From Eubacteriales bacterium (GTDB taxonomy: Bacteria; Bacillota; Clostridia; Oscillospirales; CAG-272): DNA of 64,000 bases. The stretch lies in the NCBI GenBank assembly GCA_050309735.1, contig JBNRMS010000068.1:24405-88404 (forward strand), given 5' to 3'. Below, piece after piece: positions 7,947-15,478 of the stretch. A program made the position numbers and the translations under genes. How positions within the stretch are numbered: the stretch's first letter is position 1; each line of letters starts with the position of its first letter. The notes below the pieces were generated by a model. That model saw only the letters and a program-made list of their open reading frames with translations, was not told the DNA's origin and did no database searches.

Positions 7947-8903
7947 ATGACCGAGATTATGACCGACACCGATAAGAAAACGACCACGACCGAGACATTC
8001 GCGGCCACCGCTCCCCCCTCTCCGGTCAAAAAAAGGAGGAGAAGGCTGGGAGACAGAAAAGACGGCCGCCGCCTCCGCACACTCTCCCCTATGAACGCGG
8101 TGATGCCCTATATCATGGCAAGGCGCTCAGACGCCTGCAACACCTTCGCAGATAGCTTCAATATTGCCAAAACCGATGCCTTCTGCCGGCGCAAAATCAA
8201 GGAGGGTAAGACAAATTTCGGCTTCCTCCATGTGATTTTAGCGGCCTATGTAAGGACTATCTCGCAGCGCCCGGCGATAAACCGCTTTGTGAGCGGCCAG
8301 AAAGTCTTCGCCCGCAACGAGATTTCGGTTATCATGACCATCAAGCGCACAATGGCGCTTGACACTCCCGACACCTGTATTAAAGTGGTTTTTGAACCGA
8401 CAGACACGGTCGACGATGTTTATGAAAAATTCAACCGTGCGGTTGTCGAGAACTCAAAGTTAGGCGACACCAGCTCATTTGATAGGCTTGCAAAAGCGTT
8501 TACCTTCATACCTGGACTTTTTCTGCGCTGGACTGTCAAGCTGCTTTTCTTTCTTGATTATTTCGGCTGGCTGCCCAGAAAACTTACCAATCTCAGCCCC
8601 TTCCACGGCTCTATGATTATCACGAGCATGGGTTCGCTCGGCATCCGCCCGATATATCACCATATCTACGACTTCGGCAATCTTCCGGTCTTTTTGGCAT
8701 ATGGCGCCAAAAGAACGGTTAATGAGCTTGACTCGGAGGGCAATGTCTTCAAACGCAAATATATTGACCTGAAGGCAGTAACCGACGAGAGAATCTGCGA
8801 CGGCTATTACTATGCCTCGGCTTTTAAAATGTTCAAAAAGCTGGTTGAAAACCCAAACGCACTCGAAACACCGCCCGAGACGGTCTATGAGGATATTGAC
8901 TAA
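7947..8903 (+). CDS. Stand-alone protein resembling the catalytic domain of a 2-oxoacid dehydrogenase E2 acyltransferase
   Basis: C-terminal pattern FHGSMIITSMGSLG...AVTDERICDGYYYASAFKMFKKLVENP resembles the E2 catalytic core (DHRxxDG, here DERICDG). There is no lipoyl domain. I chose the ATG at 7947 because the track start at 7869 is TTG. Confidence 0.6.
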   Translation: MTEIMTDTDKKTTTTETFAATAPPSPVKKRRRRLGDRKDGRRLRTLSPMNAVMPYIMARRSDACNTFADSFNIAKTDAFCRRKIKEGKTNFGFLHVILAAYVRTISQRPAINRFVSGQKVFARNEISVIMTIKRTMALDTPDTCIKVVFEPTDTVDDVYEKFNRAVVENSKLGDTSSFDRLAKAFTFIPGLFLRWTVKLLFFLDYFGWLPRKLTNLSPFHGSMIITSMGSLGIRPIYHHIYDFGNLPVFLAYGAKRTVNELDSEGNVFKRKYIDLKAVTDERICDGYYYASAFKMFKKLVENPNALETPPETVYEDID

Positions 8904-8914
8904 TAACAAAAAGT

Positions 8915-8950
8915 GCGCCGGGGAAACTTCATATGAAGTTTCCCCGGCGC
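8915..8950. terminator. Bidirectional intrinsic terminator between convergent genes
   Basis: GCGCCGGGGAAACTTCAT/ATGAAGTTTCCCCGGCGC is a perfect palindrome. It is preceded by AACAAAAAG and followed by GTTTTTT. Confidence 0.85.
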
Positions 8951-8963
8951 GTTTTTTAATATG

Positions 8964-10844
8964 TTAATCAAACTGAGAATTGTATAGCGAGCTGTAAAAG
9001 CCTTCTTGCGCCATCAGTTCCTCGTGGTTTCCCTGCTCTATCACGTTTCCGTCCTTGACGACAAGAATTATATCTGCGTTCTGTATCGTTGAGAGCCGGT
9101 GCGCAATCACAAAGCAGGTGCGCCCCTTCATCAGCGAGCGCATTGCCTCCTGAATCTTAATCTCTGTGCGCGAGTCGACATTCGAGGTCGCCTCGTCAAG
9201 AATGAGCATAGACGATTTCGGAAGCATCGCGCGGGCTATCGTTATAAGCTGCTTTTGACCCTTTGAGATGTTGATTCCGTCGTCTGTCAGAAGAGTGTCG
9301 TATTGGTCGGGGAGAGACTCGATAAAGGAATGAATTTTAGCCGCCTTTGCCGCGGCGACTACCTCCTCCATCGTCGCATCCTCCTTGCCGTAGGTGATGT
9401 TCTCATATATTGTACCGCCAAAAAGCCATGTGTCCTGAAGCACCATTGTATAGGAGGTTCTCAGGCTCTCGCGCGTCAGATTGCGGATTTCCTTTCGGTC
9501 AACCGTAATCCTGCCTGCGTCAACGTCGTAAAAACGCATGAGCAGGTTAATTATTGTCGTCTTACCCGCGCCGGTCGGCCCGACAATGGCAACGGTGCTT
9601 CCCGGCTTTGCTTCAATCGATAGGTCGTGAAGTATGATTTTATCAGGGTTGTAACCAAATTTGACATGCTCAAGTCCGACCAGTCCCTTTACATTCTCAA
9701 GCACCTCCGAGCCGGTATATCCGGCGTTTGAAGGGCGCTCGGCGCTGACCTGGTCCTCATCCTTCTCGTCGATAATGCGGAAAACCCGCTCGGCGGCGGC
9801 AATGGCCGACTGGAGTTCGCTCAGGATATTGGCAAACTCATTTATCGGGCCGGCAAATCTGCGCGAATACTGCACAAAGGACGACACGCCGCCCAGAGTT
9901 ATAAAGAAAAGCGAGGACGCACCGATACTTCCCGCCTGCGAGAGCATAAAGAAAATGCCGCCGAAAATAGTCACAAGGGCGATTGAAAGATTGTTGATAA
10001 AGTTAACGCCCGGGCCAATTATCGCCCCTTGGTAGTCGGCCTTAAAATAGGCGTCGACCGCCTCCTTGTTTCGCGCGTTAAAGCGCCCTGAGATTACCTC
10101 CTCCCGACCGTAAACCTTAATACTTCTCTGACCCGAGAGCATCTCCTCGGCATAGCCGTTGAGCATCCCGAGCTTCATCGACCGATATTTGAACAGCGGT
10201 CTTATTTTTTTTGTCTTGTATCTTGTAAACATAATCGAAATCGGCACCGTGACAACAAAAATCAAGATAAGCGCGGGTGATATTGTTATCATCATGATAA
10301 GCGAGCCGACAACCCTTATGACACTCGCACAGACCTGAAGAAGGTCGTGCGAGAGCGATGCGTTTACCGTATCAACATCATACGAAATATGGCTGATAAT
10401 TTCGCCTGTTTGATGTGTGTCGAAATAGCTGACCGGCAACTCGGTCAACCGGTCGAAAATCTGCTTTCGCATCCGATATATTATCTTCTGCCCCAAGCGA
10501 ATCATTATAATGGCAAGTATGTATGAGAGAATAGCCGATATTGTGTAGAAGGCAAGCATCAACCCGCAGTAATAATAGACCCTCTCAAAGTCAACCGCGC
10601 CCCGGCCAAGTTCAATGGCGTCAATCGCCTTTCCCGAGAGCTTAGGTCCTACAAGCGAGAGGAGATTTGAAATGATCATGAGCGAGAATGCAAGGAGAAC
10701 AAGCCATTTATGCCTTGCCATATATCCGGCGAGCCGCATGAGTATTTTTGACTTTGTCTGTTTATCGATTTTCTGATCTTGGCTCGCGCTGTTGAGCGAG
10801 CGCGAGCGCCCCATCCCACCGCCACCGCCGCCGCCCGAGAACAT
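8964..10844 (-). CDS. ABC exporter, fused permease/ATPase (heterodimer partner B)
   Basis: Six-helix TMD plus NBD with Walker A GPTGAGKTT, signature ISKGQKQ and Walker B LILDEATS. The start is uncertain: ATG 10844 (MFSGGGGGGGMGR) or an upstream TTG. The track start at 10904 would overlap the upstream gene. Confidence 0.9.
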   Translation of the reverse strand: MFSGGGGGGGMGRSRSLNSASQDQKIDKQTKSKILMRLAGYMARHKWLVLLAFSLMIISNLLSLVGPKLSGKAIDAIELGRGAVDFERVYYYCGLMLAFYTISAILSYILAIIMIRLGQKIIYRMRKQIFDRLTELPVSYFDTHQTGEIISHISYDVDTVNASLSHDLLQVCASVIRVVGSLIMMITISPALILIFVVTVPISIMFTRYKTKKIRPLFKYRSMKLGMLNGYAEEMLSGQRSIKVYGREEVISGRFNARNKEAVDAYFKADYQGAIIGPGVNFINNLSIALVTIFGGIFFMLSQAGSIGASSLFFITLGGVSSFVQYSRRFAGPINEFANILSELQSAIAAAERVFRIIDEKDEDQVSAERPSNAGYTGSEVLENVKGLVGLEHVKFGYNPDKIILHDLSIEAKPGSTVAIVGPTGAGKTTIINLLMRFYDVDAGRITVDRKEIRNLTRESLRTSYTMVLQDTWLFGGTIYENITYGKEDATMEEVVAAAKAAKIHSFIESLPDQYDTLLTDDGINISKGQKQLITIARAMLPKSSMLILDEATSNVDSRTEIKIQEAMRSLMKGRTCFVIAHRLSTIQNADIILVVKDGNVIEQGNHEELMAQEGFYSSLYNSQFD

Positions 10845-10851
10845 ACCCGGA

Positions 10852-12582
10852 TTATTCAAGAAACGCACCTCCCATCTGTGAGACGCTGATCTCACGGTAA
10901 ACATCGCAGCCCGCCATCAGCTCATCGTGGCTGCCCATTCCGATTATCTCACCCTCGTCAAGGACTATGATAAGATCCGAATTCATAACCGAGCTTATCC
11001 GCTGAGCGACAACGATAATCGTCGTCGGGTCATCCGAGGCCGCTATCGCACGCCGAAGCTGCGAGTCTGTCTTATAGTCGAGCGCCGAGGAACTGTCGTC
11101 AAGCAGCAGTATATCCGGCCTTGAAGCCAGTGCGCGGGTAATTAATAGGCGTTGCTTTTGGCCGCCGCTGATATTTGTTCCCTTTGAGGTCAGACGGTGC
11201 TCCCAGCCATCGGCGAATTTATGAATAAACTCAGACGATTGTGCCATCTCGGCTGCACGCTCAAGTTCCTCGCGGGAGATATCCCGTCCGAAGCGCACGT
11301 TCTCCTCAACCGTATCGGCAAAGAGAAAATCGTTTTGAAGGGTCACCCCGAAAATCGAGTGCAGCTCGTCGGCGGGAATTGTGCGGACGTCGCGCCCGTC
11401 AATTCGGATAGTGCCCGAATCGGCATCATAAAGGCGCATGAGAAGACGCAGTATTGTAGACTTTCCCGAGCCGGTCGCGCCGATAATTCCGAGCGAGCCG
11501 CCGCGCGCGACGCGGAAGCTGATATCTGTCAGATTATTTTTAGCTTTTTTGTATGAGAAGCAAACCTTGTCGAAAATTATATAATCTTCATCCCCCACGG
11601 CTATGCGCGGACTTGAGGACTCGGGCAGAATCGGAAGCTCCTCGCCACATTCAAGCACCTCGGCAACTCGCTTAGCAGATGCCGAGCTTTTTGTGTACAT
11701 CACAAAAAGCCGGGTTATGCTCATCATCGCCATTGAAATCAGCGTGAAATACTGTGTGAAGGCGATAATTCGACCGGGCAACGAGAGCCCTTTGTTAACA
11801 AGCAGCGCCCCCATGAAAACCACAGCCACAATACCCAGGTTCATCAGAAAGGTCATAATCGGGTTTGAGGCCGCCATCGCGATGCCGGCTCTCTGCTCGT
11901 TTTCGACCAATTCGAGGTTAACTTTGTCAAAACGGCGGCGCTCGTAATCTGTCTTTGAGAGCGCTTTTATGACCCGGATTCCCTGTGCATCCTCGCGCAC
12001 TACCCGCGTCATTCGGTCAACCGAGCGCTGAACCTCTGTGTAGAGCGGTATTCCTCGCCTTGAAATCAGATAAATCGCAATGGTAATAAAGGGAAGCACC
12101 GAGAACATAACAGCAGCCAGACGCCAGTCGATAACAAGCGTTATAACAAGCCCGCCTAACAGCAATATAGGGGTTCTTACCCCCATGCGCTGCATACTTC
12201 CTATAAAGTGGTGCAGGTAATATGTATCCGACGTCAGGCGTGACTCAAGGCTCGGAACGGTAAATCGGTCGATTTGAGCGCCCGAGAGTTGCATAGTCTT
12301 AGCAAAAAGGTCTCGCCGGATAAGCTCGGAAGCATCTTTCGCCACACGCGCGGCCATTCTGTTTGCAACAACGTTCAAAAAGACGCCGACAAAAGCGCAG
12401 GCTATCATCAAAACGCCCCACTGCACTATCCTGCCGACGCTTCTCAGAGGTACAACTCTATCAATTATATGGCTTAATATATATGGTATAAAAAGCTCCA
12501 TGACCGTTCCGGATATCTTGATGATAAAACCAACGGTCATGCGCTTATAGAAGGGTCTTAAGTACCGCATTAAAAATTTCAT
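10852..12582 (-). CDS. ABC exporter, fused permease/ATPase (heterodimer partner A)
   Basis: 576 aa with Walker A GATGSGKST, signature ISGGQKQR and Walker B LLLDDSSSALD. It overlaps the upstream MarR gene by 4 nt. Confidence 0.9.
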   Translation of the reverse strand: MKFLMRYLRPFYKRMTVGFIIKISGTVMELFIPYILSHIIDRVVPLRSVGRIVQWGVLMIACAFVGVFLNVVANRMAARVAKDASELIRRDLFAKTMQLSGAQIDRFTVPSLESRLTSDTYYLHHFIGSMQRMGVRTPILLLGGLVITLVIDWRLAAVMFSVLPFITIAIYLISRRGIPLYTEVQRSVDRMTRVVREDAQGIRVIKALSKTDYERRRFDKVNLELVENEQRAGIAMAASNPIMTFLMNLGIVAVVFMGALLVNKGLSLPGRIIAFTQYFTLISMAMMSITRLFVMYTKSSASAKRVAEVLECGEELPILPESSSPRIAVGDEDYIIFDKVCFSYKKAKNNLTDISFRVARGGSLGIIGATGSGKSTILRLLMRLYDADSGTIRIDGRDVRTIPADELHSIFGVTLQNDFLFADTVEENVRFGRDISREELERAAEMAQSSEFIHKFADGWEHRLTSKGTNISGGQKQRLLITRALASRPDILLLDDSSSALDYKTDSQLRRAIAASDDPTTIIVVAQRISSVMNSDLIIVLDEGEIIGMGSHDELMAGCDVYREISVSQMGGAFLE

Positions 12583-13031
12583 GGTAGTTCTTGTTTATCC
12601 TCAAATTCTTTATTTACAGCCGTCGTCGCTCGCTCTGCAATCCGCGCAAGCATCGAATTAAACTGCTCTATCTCCTCTTCGCTGAAATCTGCCGTCAGAT
12701 AACTATTCCAGCCGCGGATAACTTCGAGCACTCGAGGCAGCACACCAAAGGCCTTTTCTGTCGGGTAAACAAGCAGCATCCTTTTATCTCTTTCACTCTG
12801 GCGGCGCTCGATAAAACCACTCTTCTCAAGCTGTGTCAGATGCCGTGTAACATTGCTTTTGTTGATATAAATGTGTCTTGCTATCTGCTCCTGCGACATT
12901 CCCGGACGGCGGCACAGTGTTAGAATATAACTGTGATGAACACCCGAAAGTTCTATATCCTTGAGATTAACTGAACGATATATTATCGCGCAGCGCCCGA
13001 TGATGTTGATTTTTCTCATGAAAGAGGGCAT
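12579..13031 (-). CDS. MarR family transcriptional regulator
   Basis: 150 aa with a winged-HTH pattern (GMSQEQIARHIYINKSNVTRHLTQLEKSGFIERRQSERDKR). It is the first gene of the MarR-ABC-ABC operon. RBS is AAGGAGG. Confidence 0.85.
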   Translation of the reverse strand: MPSFMRKINIIGRCAIIYRSVNLKDIELSGVHHSYILTLCRRPGMSQEQIARHIYINKSNVTRHLTQLEKSGFIERRQSERDKRMLLVYPTEKAFGVLPRVLEVIRGWNSYLTADFSEEEIEQFNSMLARIAERATTAVNKEFEDKQELP

Positions 13032-13063
13032 ATCCTACCTCCTTGATTTATTTGCGAACATTA

Positions 13064-13077
13064 GTTGCATGTGCAAC
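13064..13077. promoter_or_regulatory. Inverted repeat, candidate MarR operator
   Basis: GTTGCA-tg-TGCAAC lies between the -10 box and the RBS of the marR-ABC operon. Confidence 0.4.
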
Positions 13078-13085
13078 GTTAAATA

Positions 13086-13113
13086 ATTATACCACATCAC
13101 TTCATTTTGTCAA
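13086..13113 (-). promoter_or_regulatory. Sigma-A promoter of the marR-ABC-ABC operon
   Basis: The minus strand reads TTGACA-16 nt-TATAAT with a TG extension (gTGgTATAAT). Confidence 0.65.
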
Positions 13114-13146
13114 TAGATTATATAAAAATTTGCAAATCGGATACTT

Positions 13147-13174
13147 TTGGGGGAACTTCCTGAAGTTCCCCCAA
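13147..13174. terminator. GC-rich hairpin after the Cof-HAD gene
   Basis: TTGGGGGAACTTC-ct-GAAGTTCCCCCAA. The T-run (tatttttta) is on the plus-strand side only, so function for the minus-strand gene is uncertain. Confidence 0.4.
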
Positions 13175-13214
13175 ACTATTTTTTATATCGCCCAGCTTAT
13201 TTACTAACTCCACA

Positions 13215-13967
13215 TCACAATTCAGAAATAATATGGGCTATGGCGTGGTCTTGGTTTGAAACCGTGATGCGGTCTGCGGCGTTTTTCGCCAATTCGGTTG
13301 CGTTTGCAACAGCATATCCTATATCGGCCTCGAGAATCATAGATATATCGTTTTCATGATCTCCAACACAGATAAGCTTCTCTACTCTGCTGCCGAGCAG
13401 TCTTGTCAGCCTCCGCACAGCGCGCCCCTTTGTATTCTCTTTGTTCAAAAGCTCAACACAGGTACTCCAGCTTCGAGCAACACTGTATATCCCAGGGTCT
13501 GCAAGGTCTCTTATCTTTTCGGACATTCGTTGGCTGTCTTCCTCGTCGACAATAAATATTATTTTTGTCAGCCCGTCAATTTTTATATCCTCCTGCCAGC
13601 TTATCCGGGTGAAGGGGTAATATGTATCAAAGGAATGAAAACCAATTTTTGTGATTTCGGAATTCTCAAGGAATATCCGCTCGGCAAACCGCTGCGCGCC
13701 CTCGGGCATTTCGCCCGAATAAACACACCGTCCGGTCATAGGGTCGAAAATCACAGCGCCGTTTAACCCGGCCACATAGGTGTTTGGCATGAAGCGGTCG
13801 TAATACCTTGCCAGCGACTCGGGGAAGCGCCCGGTGATAATCGTAAACAGCCCTCCGTTTTCCTGAAAATATTTGATAGCCCGACTGTTTTCATCCGAAA
13901 CGCTGTCGCCACAAAAAAGCGTTCCGTCAAAATCCGAGCATAAAAGAATTCCGTCATACTTTGCCAT
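13215..13967 (-). CDS. Cof-type HAD-IIB phosphatase
   Basis: MAKYDGILLCSDFDGTLF carries the DxDGT motif, and GDHENDISM lies near the C-terminus. I chose the ATG at 13967. The track start at 14066 would run through a perfect hairpin at 14043-14067. Confidence 0.85.
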   Translation of the reverse strand: MAKYDGILLCSDFDGTLFCGDSVSDENSRAIKYFQENGGLFTIITGRFPESLARYYDRFMPNTYVAGLNGAVIFDPMTGRCVYSGEMPEGAQRFAERIFLENSEITKIGFHSFDTYYPFTRISWQEDIKIDGLTKIIFIVDEEDSQRMSEKIRDLADPGIYSVARSWSTCVELLNKENTKGRAVRRLTRLLGSRVEKLICVGDHENDISMILEADIGYAVANATELAKNAADRITVSNQDHAIAHIISEL

Positions 13968-14312
13968 ATTAATAACCATACCTTTCTGATAACCGAGCTT
14001 TATGCAGCCATATTGTGCGCCGCAATGGCGAAAATCCCGGTGCTTGAAAGAAAAGCTTTCTTTCAAGCTAATCTCCCGAAACAGAGCACACGATGCCCTT
14101 CTTTCCCTGCTCGGTCTGAGCGGTGTGGGAGGCCGATAAATTCACGGTCTGTGCACCTCCCCCGCCCCTATAACAGAGAGCGGCGAGGGAGGATTTTGGG
14201 TGCAAATAAAAGATCAAGTCCAATTTTAGTATTAATTTGTTGACCTACTATTGCTATTCTGTGACCGCATTATTAACATTCCGGAAGGAGCGAGCGTCCG
14301 GCCGGCGCTACT

Positions 14313-14543
14313 TCAAGCAAGACCGCTCTCGCGCCAAACCACCTCGACTATACTGTCCCGCGTTTCTTCCGACATATCAGGCGGCTGTCTTGTTCGGTCG
14401 CCGGTATTGCCGCCCTTCCGAGTGCCCGCCGGCTTTTTATCGTATCCTTTCATTGCCTGTCCGGCCATAAGGCCAATAGCTCCCGCCGCGGCCAGTCCCA
14501 CCGCAACCGCTCCGGCCGTCCGTATAACTTTATTTTTATCCAT
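14313..14543 (-). CDS. Small protein with an N-terminal glycine-zipper-like hydrophobic helix (76 aa)
   Basis: ATG lies 6 nt after AGGAG. The N-terminus AGAVAVGLAAAGAIGLMAG is followed by a charged tail. I recognise no family. Confidence 0.5.
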   Translation of the reverse strand: MDKNKVIRTAGAVAVGLAAAGAIGLMAGQAMKGYDKKPAGTRKGGNTGDRTRQPPDMSEETRDSIVEVVWRESGLA

Positions 14544-14649
14544 TCAAAACTCCTATAATTTTTTTTAAAACGCTTCTGTAACTCATGGGCATCACCTTGC
14601 AAACACTCATGTGCCAGCCTATCATTTATTATTTCATGACCAATTTATA

Positions 14650-15039
14650 TTATTCATGCACCACTCCGGTCGAGCCCGTATAACTCTTGCGCTTTATTGC
14701 CGCGTACTCAAGCGAGGAGCGCTTGAGCCTGAAGGCGCTCCGGCGCGAAATATGCAAAAGCTCGCCGCAGCGCTCGACAGTTTGACATTTTATGTAATGA
14801 TAGTACAGAAAAAGCTTGCGGTCGTCGGGCGGAAGCGAGGTGATAAATCGCTTTATCTCAAACATTTTGGCCTTGATATATGCTTCGTCGTCCTCACCAA
14901 TAACAGTGTCGGTCGATTCGTACTCGCTTTCATTGAAAAATTCTTTTTCGTATTTATTTATCTCAATCATCTTTCGTCCGAAACGATAATTTTCAAGAAA
15001 TTCCGCAGTCTCTGCCGCGGCGGCACTAATTTTCATCAT
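14650..15039 (-). CDS. HTH protein resembling sigma-70 region 4 (DUF1492/ArpU/RinA-like phage late-gene activator type)
   Basis: 129 aa with RBS AGGGGGAAG. The C-terminal part IKRFITSLPPDDRKLFLYYHYIKCQTVERCGELLHISRRSAFRLKRSSLEYAAI matches the region-4-like pattern of this family. Confidence 0.6.
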   Translation of the reverse strand: MMKISAAAAETAEFLENYRFGRKMIEINKYEKEFFNESEYESTDTVIGEDDEAYIKAKMFEIKRFITSLPPDDRKLFLYYHYIKCQTVERCGELLHISRRSAFRLKRSSLEYAAIKRKSYTGSTGVVHE

Positions 15040-15101
15040 GTCCGGCTCTTCCCCCTGCTTTTATTTGGTTGCATACTCTGGCATTTGAACTATTGATACT
15101 A

Positions 15102-15130
15102 TTGACAAAAAACGATACGTACAATATAAT
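15102..15130 (+). promoter_or_regulatory. Perfect consensus sigma-A promoter upstream of the ABC-F gene
   Basis: TTGACA (15102-15107), a 17-nt spacer, then TATAAT (15125-15130). The ABC-F ATG is at 15479, giving a leader of about 340 nt. Confidence 0.7.
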
Positions 15131-15478
15131 CTATTTTAGGCGTGTCAGCACGCCCTGTCGCAACAAATAAACCCGCCCTCCTCCGCTCGGCACAATCATT
15201 GCAGTCGGGTGTTCTATTAGGTCACCTCAGCGGTTTTTCCGCCTCTCACAATGAATCTGGCTTGTTCGTTTCTGTTTCCGGACAAACGAGCGAACAATTG
15301 TTCTTCTTATGGAAATAATTATACCCGCCAAAGATCATTTTGTCAATATGCCTATGGGCTTCGGGTAAATATTTGTTGGATTATACAAATAACCGTCTGT
15401 TTCCTGCCCTTTAAGAACATATGTTTTTATACAAAGGAACCAAGTCGGCTTTGTACGAAAGGTATGGCCATATAAAAA

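Noticed and set aside
15251-15475. 74-aa ORF in the ABC-F leader
   Set aside because: It has no SD, and the peptide is Cys/Phe/Asn-rich and implausible. I treat the region as leader RNA.
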